The notes under the pieces: generated by a model
Told to the model about the DNA's origin: nothing
Database searches by the model: none
The model's input: only the letters and a program-made list of their open reading frames with translations
Program-made: the position numbers and the translations under genes
Shown: positions 10,525 to 22,086 of the stretch, in pieces
Layout of the letters: the number at the start of each line of letters is the position of its first letter
How positions within the stretch are numbered: position 1 is the stretch's first letter
Assembly (NCBI GenBank): GCA_963663765.2
Contig: CAXXUA010000005.1
Coordinates: 320,001 to 384,000, forward strand
Length of the DNA: 64,000 bases
Direction of reading: 5' to 3'
Source: Candidatus Poribacteria bacterium
Lineage (GTDB): Bacteria > Poribacteria > WGA-4E > WGA-3G

Positions 10525-10710
10525 TTACCAACTTGCCTTTCTGACACCTGGTATTTTCCCAGCGCGTGCAAAGAGACGAAAGCAGATACGACATAATTCA
10601 AACTTCCGTAGATACCCTCTTGCTCGTCCACATTTATTGCATCGGTTGTATTTACGGGTACTGAATTTTGGTTTTTTTTGATTTCTGGCAATCCATGATT
10701 TACTTGCCAA
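10525..10710 (-). CDS. rpsZ: 30S ribosomal protein S14, type Z (Zn-binding)
   Basis: 61 aa; RCNKCGR..LCRICFR; TTG start. Confidence 0.97.
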   Translation of the reverse strand: MASKSWIARNQKKPKFSTRKYNRCNKCGRARGYLRKFELCRICFRLFARAGKIPGVRKASW

Positions 10711-10802
10711 TACATTTTCTCCTTTAATTATATTAATCTTTGTTTCAATTACTTGGTACGGTGGAATACCGTACCAGCTGAAACATTGTAATATCCTTGT
10801 TT

Positions 10803-11366
10803 TTACTGACGGAAAGGCATTCCTAATTCACTTAACAATGCTCGTGCTTCCTCATCAGTGTCTGCTGTAGTTACAACTGTAACATTCATACCCCGGATTT
10901 CATTCACGTCGTCATAGTCAATTTCTGGAAAGATAAGCTGTTCTGTTAGACCTAATGAATAGTTTCCACGTCCATCAAAGGCATCTGGAGACACGCCTCT
11001 GAAATCTCGTATCTGAGGGAGAACTACGTTTATTAGGCGGTTAAGAAATTCGTACATCCTATGCTGTCTGAGTGTGACTCTACAACCGATTGCCATACCA
11101 GGAGTACGCGCCATTTTTGACGGTCCTCTGATTTTGAATGCAGAGATAGATTTTCTTGCCCGAGTGACTACTGCCCGTTGACCTGCAATAAGGGTTAACT
11201 CTTCAACGGCTTCTTCAAGCGCCTTTGGGTTTTGAACCGCTTCGCCGACACCAATATTTAATGCAATTTTTTCCAATTTTGGAATCTGCATAACATTTTC
11301 ATAATTGAATTGTTTATGTAGTGCAGGCACAACTTCTGTTTGATAGAATTCTTTAAATTGACTCAT
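10803..11366 (-). CDS. rplE: 50S ribosomal protein L5
   Basis: MQIPKLEKI; IRDFRGVS; [10 protein letters not shown]; EQLIFPEI. Confidence 0.98.
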   Translation of the reverse strand: MSQFKEFYQTEVVPALHKQFNYENVMQIPKLEKIALNIGVGEAVQNPKALEEAVEELTLIAGQRAVVTRARKSISAFKIRGPSKMARTPGMAIGCRVTLRQHRMYEFLNRLINVVLPQIRDFRGVSPDAFDGRGNYSLGLTEQLIFPEIDYDDVNEIRGMNVTVVTTADTDEEARALLSELGMPFRQ

Positions 11367-11471
11367 TTGTCCTATATCCTATAGACTGATGCTTGAGTTT
11401 TGCATATATTTGATAAACATATAATCTATTCTATACATTCTGCTACTTTTCGTAATATGTATGACATCAAA

Positions 11472-11702
11472 TTATTCAATCTTTTTTAAGTTTGATATGT
11501 GTATAGTTCCCTCACGATCGATTATGCCACCTTGTCCCATTTGATTTGGGCGTAAATGTCTTTTGATGAAATGAATACCTTCTACAATTGCCCTATTTTT
11601 CTTTGGGAAAACTTCTAACACAACGCCTTGTTTTCCACGATCTTTTCCGCTCAAAACCAACACTAAATCATCTTTTTTGATATGCAGTTTTTTCTTTGCC
11701 AT
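11472..11702 (-). CDS. rplX: 50S ribosomal protein L24 (short form)
   Basis: IKKDDLVLVLSGKDRGKQG KOW motif; IHISN. Confidence 0.96.
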   Translation of the reverse strand: MAKKKLHIKKDDLVLVLSGKDRGKQGVVLEVFPKKNRAIVEGIHFIKRHLRPNQMGQGGIIDREGTIHISNLKKIE

Positions 11703-11711
11703 AAGTTTCTC

Positions 11712-12089
11712 CTAGATCACTTCAGGGGCTAAGGATACGATTCTGGTGAACTTTTTTTCTCTGAGTTCTCGCGCGACGGGTCCAAAGATTCGTGTTCCCA
11801 ATGGATCATTATCGGGGTTGTCTGGTTTTAAGATAACTGCTGCATTTTGATCAAACTTTATATAAGAACCATCTGGACGACGGTATTCTTTAGCAGTTCG
11901 GACGACAACAGCGCGAACGACTTGACCTGCATTGACTTGTGTATTTGGTGCAGCTTCTTTTATGCTTGCCACAATTATATCACCAACCCGTGCATAACGT
12001 CTTCGAGTACCTCCAAGTACGCTTATACACATAAGTTTTCTCGCACCTGAATTATCTGCACACGTTAATCTAGTATAATTTTGAACCAT
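11712..12089 (-). CDS. rplN: 50S ribosomal protein L14
   Basis: [12 protein letters not shown]; [13 protein letters not shown]. Confidence 0.98.
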   Translation of the reverse strand: MVQNYTRLTCADNSGARKLMCISVLGGTRRRYARVGDIIVASIKEAAPNTQVNAGQVVRAVVVRTAKEYRRPDGSYIKFDQNAAVILKPDNPDNDPLGTRIFGPVARELREKKFTRIVSLAPEVI

Positions 12090-12109
12090 TGGTTTACATT
12101 CCTTCCGAA

Positions 12110-12388
12110 TTAATCAGTAGCAGATTGTGCAGCGGAAATAATAGATTGTACCCGCCAACGTTTATGTTTGCTCAAAGGGCGAGTTTCAATCACTTGTACA
12201 ACATCTCCAACATTACAATTATTCTGTTCATCATGCGCCAGAACCTTTTTGGTAGTTCGCACAACTTTTTTGTAAAGGGGGTGTTGATAACTCCGAACAA
12301 TTGCTACAGATACAGTTTTTTCCATGCGATTACTGACGATCCTACCGGTCCGGATTTTTCGATGTCCTCTTTTTTCCACGTTCAACAT
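12110..12388 (-). CDS. rpsQ: 30S ribosomal protein S17
   Basis: HPLYKK; AHDEQN; [11 protein letters not shown]. Confidence 0.97.
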   Translation of the reverse strand: MLNVEKRGHRKIRTGRIVSNRMEKTVSVAIVRSYQHPLYKKVVRTTKKVLAHDEQNNCNVGDVVQVIETRPLSKHKRWRVQSIISAAQSATD

Positions 12389-12456
12389 ATCCTTATTAAG
12401 AAACCTATATTGTTAAATAAAACTGTCTAAATCAAAACAATTTTATATGCTAATTG

Positions 12457-12669
12457 TTAATCCACTTGATCTTCATCGGTTTCCAATTCACGGGTCCGCA
12501 GTATAGTTTTCACACGTGCAATATCCTTGCGAATTTTACCGATAAGAGTTGTGTCTTCTAATTGTCCCAAAATGCTCCTGGAACTTTGGTTAAAAAGGTT
12601 CTCTTTAAGAGATTCCAGTTCATTTTTTAATTCTTCAGTAGAATTTTCTCGTAATTCATGAGCTTTCAT
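12457..12669 (-). CDS. rpmC: 50S ribosomal protein L29
   Basis: [18 protein letters not shown]; expected position in the S10 operon. Confidence 0.96.
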   Translation of the reverse strand: MKAHELRENSTEELKNELESLKENLFNQSSRSILGQLEDTTLIGKIRKDIARVKTILRTRELETDEDQVD

Positions 12670-12671
12670 AA

Positions 12672-13085
12672 CTACACCTCGTCGCGCACCACAAATTTGG
12701 TTTTGATAGGAAATTTGTGCGCAGCACGTTCCATTGCACTTTTTGCAACTTCCCGTGAGACACCACTTAATTCATATAAGATTCTTCCCGGTTTGACCAC
12801 TGCGACCCAAAATTCCGGTGCACCTTTCCCTCCACCCATACGTGTTTCCGCAGGTTTCTTAGTGATGGGTTTGTGGGGGAAAATCTTAATCCACATTTTA
12901 CCACCACGACGAACAGCTCGTGTGATTGCAACTCTACCAGATTCTATCTGATTGCTTGTAATCCACCCGGCTTCCATCGCTTGTAACCCATATTCACCGA
13001 AGCTGATTTTGGAACCTCTGTGTGGTTTTCCTCTGCGTTTTCCGCGGTGTACTTTGCGATGCATCACACGTTTCGGCATCAACAT
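12672..13085 (-). CDS. rplP: 50S ribosomal protein L16
   Basis: MLMPKRV; [13 protein letters not shown]. Confidence 0.98.
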   Translation of the reverse strand: MLMPKRVMHRKVHRGKRRGKPHRGSKISFGEYGLQAMEAGWITSNQIESGRVAITRAVRRGGKMWIKIFPHKPITKKPAETRMGGGKGAPEFWVAVVKPGRILYELSGVSREVAKSAMERAAHKFPIKTKFVVRDEV

Positions 13086-13154
13086 TTGAACTACTCCTTT
13101 AACCTGTTTTGTGATCTCACGAGCAAACGACTTTCAATTGTATTACTTGCTCTG

Positions 13155-14012
13155 CTACTGTCTATCGTTACGTTGTTGTCTCTGTCTGTTATTTCCTTGA
13201 TTACTTTGACTGCGCGATGTATTGCGACTTCCTGATTGACGGTTGCTAGATTGACGACTACCAGATTGTCGATTACTTGACTGACGATTTCCTGATTGAC
13301 GACCACCAGAACGCGAATCTCTGGGATTGCTGCTTCTCCTACTTTGTTGACGTCTGCTCGTTGATTCGGCAGTTGGTATTTCTGCACCTTCAAGGATTTC
13401 GCCTTTGAAAATCCAAGTTTTTACACCTATTTTCCCATAAGTAGTGTTTGCTTCAGTAAAACCATAATCAACATTTGCACGAAGCGTATGTAATGGTACG
13501 CGTCCTTCAAGACTAGATTCTGAACGTGCTATTTCTTTCCCATCCAGTCTGCCGCTAACCATCACTTTTACTCCCTGGGCACCCGCTTGCATTGAGACAG
13601 CGATGTTCCTACGCATTGCTTGCTTGAAACTTGTGCGACGTTCAATCTGTGTTGCTACAGCTTCCGCAAGGAGTTGCGCATCCAGTTCAGGTACTTTTAT
13701 TTCAATTACATCAACTTTGACGATCCGCCCAATGAGTTTTTCCAGCTCCGTTTCAAGTTTTTCGGTTTCAACGCCTCTTCGTCCAATGACGATTCCGGGT
13801 CTTGCAGTATGTATTTTTATATTGCATTTTTCAGCGACGCGTTCAACTTCAATTTTTGAGATACCAGCACGTACCAATTTCTCTTTGACGTACTGCTGAA
13901 TCTTAAAATCTTCATGCAGCCACTTTGCGTAATCACGGTCACTATACCATTTTGAGTCCCAAGTTTCAATTATTCCTAAACGTAACCCACGCGGGTGAGT
14001 TTTTTGTCCCAT
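13155..14012 (-). CDS. rpsC: 30S ribosomal protein S3 with long Arg/Ser/Gln-rich C-terminal tail
   Basis: MGQKTHPRGLRLG; TARPGIVIG; GRVPLHTLRA. Confidence 0.98.
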   Translation of the reverse strand: MGQKTHPRGLRLGIIETWDSKWYSDRDYAKWLHEDFKIQQYVKEKLVRAGISKIEVERVAEKCNIKIHTARPGIVIGRRGVETEKLETELEKLIGRIVKVDVIEIKVPELDAQLLAEAVATQIERRTSFKQAMRRNIAVSMQAGAQGVKVMVSGRLDGKEIARSESSLEGRVPLHTLRANVDYGFTEANTTYGKIGVKTWIFKGEILEGAEIPTAESTSRRQQSRRSSNPRDSRSGGRQSGNRQSSNRQSGSRQSSNRQSGSRNTSRSQSNQGNNRQRQQRNDRQ

Positions 14013-14071
14013 ACTAACCTCCAGGCGGATACGAACGCATTGTAAGATCGGAGGAATTGCATTTATATTGA

Positions 14072-14425
14072 CTATAAATCAACATCTTCATCCTCCTCAT
14101 CCACCACAACAGTGATATGACTTTGTCGTTTGAATATACGATTTGCCATACCGCGTGCACGGGGACGTATCCATTTTCGTGTAATTCCTTCATCAACACG
14201 AATTTCTTTGACATATAAATCAGCGATATTCACATTAGGATCTTGGTATTGGACATTCGCTGCCGCGGATTGAATCAACTTATAAATCACAGGTGATGCT
14301 GCTTTATGTGTAAAGCTCAGTTGATTCAGTGCATCATCAACATATTGATTCCGAACTAAATCAGCAACAAGCCGTGCTTTACGAGGTGCAACCGAAGCGT
14401 TACGGATCTTTGCCCTTCCTTCCAT
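14072..14425 (-). CDS. rplV: 50S ribosomal protein L22
   Basis: APRKARLVADLVR; RPRARG; SHITVVV. Confidence 0.97.
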   Translation of the reverse strand: MEGRAKIRNASVAPRKARLVADLVRNQYVDDALNQLSFTHKAASPVIYKLIQSAAANVQYQDPNVNIADLYVKEIRVDEGITRKWIRPRARGMANRIFKRQSHITVVVDEEDEDVDL

Positions 14426-14558
14426 CAGTATCTCCTACCAGACTCTATGTGCTAATCAGGACACAAAGCCTTGTTTAATATATCTATTAACACTCTTATG
14501 TAGATAAACGTCAAAATATCTTGACATTTCAGAATTTAATTCCTATAGTAAATTAATC

Positions 14559-14831
14559 CTATGTTCTTCTTTGACCACCAGCGTGTGAACGGAAAGTTCG
14601 TGTAGGTGCGAATTCTCCGAGTTTATGCCCAACCATATTTTCTGTTATATAAACTGGAAAAAACTTTTTTCCGTTATGAATAGCAACGGTATGTCCAACA
14701 AATTCAGGTGTAATAGTAGAACTTCGTGCCCAAGTGCGAAGGACACGTTTACTTCCAGATTGTTCCATCTCTGCTATATGTTTCGCGAGTTTTGGGTCAA
14801 CGTAAGGACCTTTTTTTATTGAACGTGGCAT
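14559..14831 (-). CDS. rpsS: 30S ribosomal protein S19
   Basis: [10 protein letters not shown]; [13 protein letters not shown]. Confidence 0.98.
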   Translation of the reverse strand: MPRSIKKGPYVDPKLAKHIAEMEQSGSKRVLRTWARSSTITPEFVGHTVAIHNGKKFFPVYITENMVGHKLGEFAPTRTFRSHAGGQRRT

Positions 14832-14880
14832 TTACATTACTCCTTATAGATTGTGTCTCAATATGTTTGTCTATGATTAC

Positions 14881-15696
14881 CTATTTACGCCTTCCCATAA
14901 TATATTGACTGGATTTCTTCTTAGGATTTCTTGTCCGATAACCTTTTGTTGGCACACCCCAAGGTGTAACTGGATGTCTACCACCAGAACTTTTTCCTTC
15001 TCCGCCACCGTGCGGATGGTCAACTGGATTCATCGCAACTCCTCTAACTTTTGGACGTTTACCCAACCATCTTGAACGTCCAGCTTTTCCGACAACGATT
15101 GTTGTGACGTTACCTACCTGTCCAATCGTTGCCATACACTTCACGGGCACAAGCCGTATTTCACCTGAAGGGAGTCGGATACGTGCAAACTTCCCTTCAC
15201 GATCAATCAGTTGTGCGGCTCCTCCTGCACTTCTGACTAATTGTCCACCTTTTCCTGGTTGCATTTCAATGTTATGAATAGATGAACCTAAAGGTATTTT
15301 TTCAAGCGGTAATGCATTTCCAACCTGAATTTCTGAGTTAGGACCGGAAGTGACAGAGTCTCCGACCTGAATACCGAGTGGAGCGATAATATAACGTTTT
15401 TCACCATCTGCATAATGCAGTAGTGCAATATGTGCTGAACGGTTTGGGTCGTATTCAATTGTTGCAACTTTTGCTGGAATATCAAATTTATCACGCTTGA
15501 AATCAATGACACGATAACGACGTTTGTGACCACCACCGCGTCTCCGAACGGTTAAACGCCCTTTATTATTCCGTCCTGCATTTTTCTTTTTTCCTTTGAC
15601 AAGTGATTTCTCCGGTTTCCGACGTGTTATCTCTTCAAAGGTATAACCAGTCATGAACCGACGACTCGGTGTAAACGGCTTATATGTTTTTGCCAC
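14881..15696 (-). CDS. rplB: 50S ribosomal protein L2
   Basis: [13 protein letters not shown]; [14 protein letters not shown]; start is GTG 15696 or TTG 15702. Confidence 0.98.
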   Translation of the reverse strand: MAKTYKPFTPSRRFMTGYTFEEITRRKPEKSLVKGKKKNAGRNNKGRLTVRRRGGGHKRRYRVIDFKRDKFDIPAKVATIEYDPNRSAHIALLHYADGEKRYIIAPLGIQVGDSVTSGPNSEIQVGNALPLEKIPLGSSIHNIEMQPGKGGQLVRSAGGAAQLIDREGKFARIRLPSGEIRLVPVKCMATIGQVGNVTTIVVGKAGRSRWLGKRPKVRGVAMNPVDHPHGGGEGKSSGGRHPVTPWGVPTKGYRTRNPKKKSSQYIMGRRK

Positions 15697-15744
15697 TCTC
15701 AATTCCTCTCGTAAAAAACTTTTTAATTATACTAGCGTTTTAAG

Positions 15745-16044
15745 TTAGATACTCTCAAAAACGGAGATCCTTGTTCCTTCTTCTACAGTGATAATAGCCT
15801 TTTTCCAATGCGGACGTCTTCCACGTTGATAACGGTTCATTCTTCCCTTGATTTTCCCCCGTATCCGCATAGTGTGGACATCAATGATGCTGCCTTTTAT
15901 ATCAAACAATTCCTCTGCAGCGCGTCGAATTTCTGGTTTTGTTGCTTCTCTACTGACAACGAACGAGTATTTGTTGTCTTCTCGCAATAGTGTACTTTTT
16001 TCTGTTATATGAGGCTTTAGAATAATCTGGTAATTGTCTTTCAT
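15745..16044 (-). CDS. rplW: 50S ribosomal protein L23
   Basis: KPHITEKS; WKKAIIT. Confidence 0.96.
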   Translation of the reverse strand: MKDNYQIILKPHITEKSTLLREDNKYSFVVSREATKPEIRRAAEELFDIKGSIIDVHTMRIRGKIKGRMNRYQRGRRPHWKKAIITVEEGTRISVFESI

Positions 16045-16048
16045 AAAA

Positions 16049-16684
16049 TTATCCTTTTGTTCCGATAAATTTTGCTTCTAAATTCTCGGCGGCATTTTCC
16101 GTGATGATCAACTTGTCATGCCACATCACTTGGTATATATTGAGCATATCCCAAGTACAACTATTAACTTTCGGGATATTCCTTAAAGAGAGATAAATAT
16201 TTGGATTGTGTTCATTTAGGATGAACAGTACCTTGCCTTCTAAGTCCAAAGCGTTTAGGATTGATACAATATCTTTTGTTCGCGGACGTTCAAGGGTAAA
16301 ATCTTCTACTAGAACACACTGTTCATTTTGAAACCTATCAGCAAGTGCACTTTTTAAGCCGAGACGACGAACTTGTTTAGGTGTGCGTTGACGATAACTA
16401 CGTGGTTTAGGTCCGAATGCGACACCCCCATGCACTCGCAAGGGTGATCCCGCATCACCGACACGCGCTCTACCAGTGCCCTTTTGCCTATACAATTTCC
16501 TACCGCTACCTTTGACTTCACTGCGACGTTTTGTTGAGGCTGTTCCACTTCTTTGGTTAGCGAGATACGCTACAACACATTGGTGAATAACATGCGCATT
16601 GACCTCCGCATGTGTAAACGAATCAGCGAGGTCTTTTTCACGAAGAACTTCTCCTGAACGGTTGTGTACGTTTAAAGTAGCCAT
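16049..16684 (-). CDS. rplD: 50S ribosomal protein L4
   Basis: RQKGTGRARVG; GGVAFGPKPR. Confidence 0.98.
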   Translation of the reverse strand: MATLNVHNRSGEVLREKDLADSFTHAEVNAHVIHQCVVAYLANQRSGTASTKRRSEVKGSGRKLYRQKGTGRARVGDAGSPLRVHGGVAFGPKPRSYRQRTPKQVRRLGLKSALADRFQNEQCVLVEDFTLERPRTKDIVSILNALDLEGKVLFILNEHNPNIYLSLRNIPKVNSCTWDMLNIYQVMWHDKLIITENAAENLEAKFIGTKG

Positions 16685-16780
16685 AACTCTCTTATCTTTT
16701 CTCCAATATGTTAAACTTGCATGAATTACCCCTGCTATCCTCTTGGAGGTGCTGGGGTGATTTTAAACAACGTCTAATAG

Positions 16781-17437
16781 TTAGTTTTCAGTTTTATCTG
16801 ATCCAGTTGCTTTAATAGCTTTCCTAATTAATAGAAATCCATTGGGGGGTCCTGGAATAGCTCCTTTTACAACTAATAAATTACGTTCAGGGTCGGCTTG
16901 AATAACTTGTAAATTTTGGACAGTGTGTCTTTTTGCTCCGTAACGACCAGGCATCTTTTTCCCTTTAAAGACGCGTGAAGGTGTTGCACTAGCACCTATT
17001 GCACCTGGACGCCGTAAGTCTTGCTCACCGCCGTGGCTTTTTCTACCGCCAGCAAATCCCCAACGTTTTACAACACCGGTAAATCCATGTCCTTTTGAGG
17101 TCCCGGTCACATCAACGAGTTCACCTTCTGAAAACAGACCCGCATCTACAGTGTCGCCAACATTAATTTCTTCCAGACTTTCTACTTTAAATTCTCTAAG
17201 TATTTGTGTAGGAGGTACATCTGCTTTTGCAAAATGTCCACGCATGGGGTTGTTAAACTTATTCTCTTTGCGTGCACCAAACCCCAATTGAACTGCTTGG
17301 TAACCATCCCGTTCCTGTGTTTTCACTTGAACAATTGGACAAGGCCCAGCTTCAATAACAGTGACAGGAATTGCTTTCCCCGTTTCTTCAAATACTTGGG
17401 TCATCCCAACTTTTCTTCCGATTAGTCCTTTAACCAT
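16781..17437 (-). CDS. rplC: 50S ribosomal protein L3
   Basis: GRKVGMTQVF; SKGHGFTGVVKRWGF; KGKKMPG. Confidence 0.98.
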   Translation of the reverse strand: MVKGLIGRKVGMTQVFEETGKAIPVTVIEAGPCPIVQVKTQERDGYQAVQLGFGARKENKFNNPMRGHFAKADVPPTQILREFKVESLEEINVGDTVDAGLFSEGELVDVTGTSKGHGFTGVVKRWGFAGGRKSHGGEQDLRRPGAIGASATPSRVFKGKKMPGRYGAKRHTVQNLQVIQADPERNLLVVKGAIPGPPNGFLLIRKAIKATGSDKTEN

Positions 17438-17449
17438 GTCCTACCTCCG

Positions 17450-17761
17450 TTACAGTAGCGTTATTTTGACATCAACGCCTGCGGGTAGGTCAAGTCGCAT
17501 GAGCGCGTCTACTGTCTTCGGTGCCGTTTCAAGTATATCTAATAGTCGTTTGTGAATTCGCATTTCAAATTGTTCCCGCGACTTTTTGTCTTTGAAAGTT
17601 GATCTTTGGACGGTATAGATATGTTTCTTTGTCGGCAACGGAATCGGTCCTGAGACTCTCGCCTGCGTGTTTTTTGCTGTTGTCGCAATTTGTTTGGCAG
17701 ACTGGTCAAGCAACCTGTAATCATAGGCTTTAAGCCGGATACGAATTTTCTGATTGTTCAT
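17450..17761 (-). CDS. rpsJ: 30S ribosomal protein S10
   Basis: [10 protein letters not shown]; GPIPLPT; [12 protein letters not shown]. Confidence 0.98.
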   Translation of the reverse strand: MNNQKIRIRLKAYDYRLLDQSAKQIATTAKNTQARVSGPIPLPTKKHIYTVQRSTFKDKKSREQFEMRIHKRLLDILETAPKTVDALMRLDLPAGVDVKITLL

Positions 17762-17964
17762 CTCTTTGTTCCTTTATGAGTAAGTAACGGTGTGTTCCTC
17801 TTTACTATGCTTAAAATCTTTTTGCATGTATTGTATCGAAGCTGTTCTGATAATAAACCCAATTCTTCTTTGAAGGATTAGAAATAGTCCAGAACGCTTC
17901 GACGAAATACAAAACACGTTTTTTACCAAGTAAACCGAGGAACTGAACCTATATGAGCACTTCG

Positions 17965-19164
17965 TTACTCAAGGATTTTAGAGACAACACCTGCGCCGAT
18001 AGTGTGTCCGCCTTCACGGATTGCAAAACGAAGCTGCTCTTCCATCGCAATCGGCTTAGACAGTTGAACTGATATCTGTGCGTTGTCACCGGGCATAATC
18101 ATTTCAATACCTTCAGCGAGGTGCATTTCACCGGTAACATCTGTTGTCCGGAAATAAAACTGCGGACGATAACCACTAAAGAATGGATTCCAACGTCCAC
18201 CTTCCTCTTTTGTTAAGATGTATGCTTCAGCTTCAAACTTGGTATGTGGTGTAACCGTACCGGGAACTGATAAAACTTGTCCTCGTTCAACATCTTCTCG
18301 GTCAATACCTCTTAGTAATGCTCCGATGTTATCCCCTGCTCTACCTTCGTCAAGGAATTTCTTAAACATTTCAACACCCGTAACAACCGTATCTCGTGTA
18401 TCACGAAGCCCAACGATTTCCACCGTATTTCCGACTTCAACAATACCGCGTTCAACACGCCCAGTGACTACGGTACCACGTCCACTGATAGTGAAAATGT
18501 CTTCAATCGGCATCAGGAAAGGTTTATCGGTATCTCGCACTGGCTCCGGTATAAAATCATCTACAGCAGCCATGAGATCAAGGATCGGTTTACATTGGTC
18601 GCTGGTTGGATCCCCTGCAGATTCCATAGCTTCAAGAGCGGAACCTGCAATGATGGGTGTGTCGTCACCTGGGAATTCATATTCATCCAACAATTCACGT
18701 ACTTCCAGTTCTACGAGTTCAAGAAGTTCCTCGTCGTCCACCATGTCTGCTTTATTGAGGAAGACTACTAACGATGGAACGTTGACCTGTCTTGCAAGGA
18801 GTACGTGTTCACGTGTCTGTGGCATAGGGCCATCTGCTGCGGAAACAACCAGAATGGCACCATCCATCTGTGCAGCACCGGTAATCATGTTTTTGATGTA
18901 GTCAGCGTGCCCAGGACAGTCAACGTGAGCGTAGTGTCGGTTTTCTGTCTCGTATTCAACGTGTGCGGTGTTAATGGTAATACCACGTTCTTTTTCTTCG
19001 GGAGCCTTGTCAATGTCCTCATAGGTCATCACATAGTCTTTGTCAGCGAGTTTTGATAACACCATAGTAATTGCTGCAGTAAGCGTTGTTTTACCATGGT
19101 CAACGTGGCCAATTGTACCTACATTAACGTGTGGCTTTGTCCTTTCAAATGCTTGTTTTGCCAT
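17965..19164 (-). CDS. tuf: Elongation factor Tu
   Basis: GHVDHGKT; DCPGHADY; NKAD. Confidence 0.99.
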   Translation of the reverse strand: MAKQAFERTKPHVNVGTIGHVDHGKTTLTAAITMVLSKLADKDYVMTYEDIDKAPEEKERGITINTAHVEYETENRHYAHVDCPGHADYIKNMITGAAQMDGAILVVSAADGPMPQTREHVLLARQVNVPSLVVFLNKADMVDDEELLELVELEVRELLDEYEFPGDDTPIIAGSALEAMESAGDPTSDQCKPILDLMAAVDDFIPEPVRDTDKPFLMPIEDIFTISGRGTVVTGRVERGIVEVGNTVEIVGLRDTRDTVVTGVEMFKKFLDEGRAGDNIGALLRGIDREDVERGQVLSVPGTVTPHTKFEAEAYILTKEEGGRWNPFFSGYRPQFYFRTTDVTGEMHLAEGIEMIMPGDNAQISVQLSKPIAMEEQLRFAIREGGHTIGAGVVSKILE

Positions 19165-19334
19165 TTCTGTCCGAACTCCAATTATAGGTTTAGTTTTTAG
19201 GTTTTAGTAAATCGATTAACCTTGGTTGAATCTATTCATAGGCGCGCTAATTATGCGCGCAACGTGTGTAAACGGTGTCCGACTATAACCGGACTTTCAC
19301 AAATGCCAAACGATAGTATCGTTTTGGCGTGTCA

Positions 19335-21440
19335 TCATTTATTACTTGCTGGGATCAATTCCTCAGCAACACTCGCGGGTACTTCTCTATAATGTGCAAA
19401 CTCCATAGAATAATTGGCCCGTCCTTGAGTCAACGAACGCAGAGATTTGACGTAACCAAACATCTCTGAAAGTGGCACATCTACTTGAACGACTTGTACT
19501 CGAGATTTTGCTTGTACTTCTGTGTCTTGGATATGTGCGCGTCGGGAATTAAGATCACCAATCACCTTTCCAAGATACTCATCCGGGACGATTACCTCAA
19601 CTCCCATAATAGGTTCAAGTAAGACTGAACCTGCTTGTTTTGCTGCATCTTTAAACGCTATTGAACCCGCAATGGAAAATGCCATTTCTGATGAATCTAC
19701 TTGGTGGTAAGAACCATCAACAAGACGAACACCCACATCAACAACTGGATAACCTGCTAAAGTACCAACATTCATAGCATTCTCAATTCCTTTGCGAACC
19801 GAAGAGATGTATTCCTGTGGGATCACGCCACCCTTAGTTTCATCAACGAATTCAAATCCAGATCCTTTTTCAAGGGGTGTCACTTCTATTACAACATGAC
19901 CGAACTGCCCTCTACCACCTGATTGTCGAACGAATCTACCTTCTGCCTTCACTGGTTTCAGAAGTGTCTCCCGATATGCCACTTCAGGTGAACCGACATT
20001 CGCGGAAACGTTAAACTCTCTTACAAGCCTATCCACAATGATTTCTAAGTGAAGTTCACCCATCCCAGATAGCAGTGTCTGACCAGTATCCGGGTCTTGA
20101 TGTACTTTAAATGTTGGGTCTTCCTCAGCCAATTTTGAAAGGGCAAGGTTCAATTTATCAATATCGGATTGTGAACGCGGTTCTATTGCAATTGCCATCA
20201 CAGGTAAAGGAAAAACCATAGTCTCCAAGGCGATAGGTGCTTTCGGATCACAGATGGTGTCCCCCGTAGACAAATCTTTTAATCCAATTGCAGCAACTAT
20301 ATCACCGGCACTCACAGACTGATGTTCTTCGCGTTTGTTAGCGTGCATTTGCATCAACCTACCAATCCGGTCAAATTTTTCCCGTTTGCTGTTAAAAACA
20401 GTGTCCCCTTTGCGCAATTCGCCAGAATAGACGCGCAGGTATGTTAGTTTACCAACATGTGGATCAGTCGTAATTTTAAATGCAAGTGCACAAAATGGTG
20501 CGTTCTCGTCAGCGTTACGGGATTCTTCTTCTTGAGTTTTTGGATTTATACCAAGGACAGGTTTGACATCAGTTGGAGAAGGTAGGTAAGAGACAATTCC
20601 ATCTAAGAGCGGTTGGACACCTTTGTTTTTTAACGCACTTCCACAAAGCACTGGGACAACTTTGCCATTGAGCACTGCTTGCCTCAATCCAATCTTGATT
20701 TCCTCGGGTGTTATCTCTACACCATCAAGATATTTAACTAACAGTTCATCGTCCCATTCCGCAACTGCTGCAAATAAATGGTCCCTATATTCATGAACCA
20801 TCTCTTCCATTTCTACGGGAATATCGGTTTCATGAACTACTGTACCTTGACTGCCATCATCCCATAACTGTCCTTTCATGGAAATAAGGTCAACAATTCC
20901 TTTGAATTGTTCAGCGGAACCGATTGGAAGTTGTATAGGAACAGCTGTTGCACCCAAACGTTCTCCCATCATTTCAACGGTCCTGAAAAAGTCAGCACCG
21001 GTTCTATCCATCTTATTGACATAAGCTATACGAGGGATTTCATATTTATCCGCTTGACGCCACACAGTTTCGGATTGTGGTTCAACACCACCAACTGCAC
21101 AGAACACAGCGACCGCTCCGTCAAGAACACGTAAAGACCGTTCAACTTCAACTGTAAAGTCAATATGTCCTGGTGTATCAATGATATTGATACAGTGTTC
21201 TTTCCAGTTGCAAGTAGTGGCTGCAGCAGTTATCGTAATGCCGCGTTCCTGTTCCTGCACCATCCAGTCCATTGTAGTTGTGCCATCGTCCACCTCACCA
21301 ATCCGATACACTCTACCCGTATAGAATAGAATACGTTCGGTGACAGTGGTCTTGCCAGCGTCAATGTGAGCCATAATACCGATGTTTCGCGTATGCGATA
21401 GGGCTGACCTGCGAGGCACCCTTTGATTTCTGTCTGCCAC
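19335..21440 (-). CDS. fusA: Elongation factor G
   Basis: AHIDAGKT; DTPGH; GMGELHL; located in the str operon. Confidence 0.98.
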   Translation of the reverse strand: MADRNQRVPRRSALSHTRNIGIMAHIDAGKTTVTERILFYTGRVYRIGEVDDGTTTMDWMVQEQERGITITAAATTCNWKEHCINIIDTPGHIDFTVEVERSLRVLDGAVAVFCAVGGVEPQSETVWRQADKYEIPRIAYVNKMDRTGADFFRTVEMMGERLGATAVPIQLPIGSAEQFKGIVDLISMKGQLWDDGSQGTVVHETDIPVEMEEMVHEYRDHLFAAVAEWDDELLVKYLDGVEITPEEIKIGLRQAVLNGKVVPVLCGSALKNKGVQPLLDGIVSYLPSPTDVKPVLGINPKTQEEESRNADENAPFCALAFKITTDPHVGKLTYLRVYSGELRKGDTVFNSKREKFDRIGRLMQMHANKREEHQSVSAGDIVAAIGLKDLSTGDTICDPKAPIALETMVFPLPVMAIAIEPRSQSDIDKLNLALSKLAEEDPTFKVHQDPDTGQTLLSGMGELHLEIIVDRLVREFNVSANVGSPEVAYRETLLKPVKAEGRFVRQSGGRGQFGHVVIEVTPLEKGSGFEFVDETKGGVIPQEYISSVRKGIENAMNVGTLAGYPVVDVGVRLVDGSYHQVDSSEMAFSIAGSIAFKDAAKQAGSVLLEPIMGVEVIVPDEYLGKVIGDLNSRRAHIQDTEVQAKSRVQVVQVDVPLSEMFGYVKSLRSLTQGRANYSMEFAHYREVPASVAEELIPASNK

Positions 21441-21515
21441 AGTTTAACTACTCCCGTGTGAAAAAGATCTAAAATTGGTTCTAAATATTTGTATCAATTA
21501 GTATTTGCACTCTAA

Positions 21516-21986
21516 TTACCATCTATAATGTGCAAAAGCTCTATTTGCTTCTGCCATACGATGTTGGTCTCGCTTTCTATTTATTGCTGCACCTTCTTCT
21601 TTTGCTGCGTCCATAATTTCACCTGCTAAACGTAAAGCCATACCTTTTTCACCTCTACTTCGCGCAGATTGAATAATCCAATTAATTGCCAAAGTCGTAC
21701 GTCGTTCAGTTTTTACATCAACCGGAACTTGATATGTCTGACTTCCAACGCGCCGTGGTCTGATTTCAAGAACAGGTTTTACATTATTGATGGCTTGCCG
21801 AAAAACTGAAAAACCTTCCTCTTTGGTTCGGTCTTCAATAATCTGAAAACTGGAGTACACAATCCGTTGTGCAGTCCCTTTTTTACCATCCCACATCAGA
21901 TGGTTAATAAATTTTGAAACTAATTTGCTGTTATGAATGGCATCAGGGTTGACTTCCCTTTTTGCGACGTTTCCACGTCTCGGCAT
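21516..21986 (-). CDS. rpsG: 30S ribosomal protein S7
   Basis: MPRRG; RRVGSQTYQVP; HRMAEANRAFAHYRW. Confidence 0.98.
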   Translation of the reverse strand: MPRRGNVAKREVNPDAIHNSKLVSKFINHLMWDGKKGTAQRIVYSSFQIIEDRTKEEGFSVFRQAINNVKPVLEIRPRRVGSQTYQVPVDVKTERRTTLAINWIIQSARSRGEKGMALRLAGEIMDAAKEEGAAINRKRDQHRMAEANRAFAHYRW

Positions 21987-22086
21987 CTATAACTCCTCCA
22001 AAAAATCGTGAATAGCTCGCTCCAACTTATATATATTTATTTTCATCGTGTTTACTGAATTACAAAACTCTTAATATCTCAAATAA

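Noticed and set aside
18218-18901. Long antisense ORFs over tuf, rplF, rpsE, rpsK, sufB and others
   Set aside because: These are shadow frames of well-supported genes with no independent motifs.
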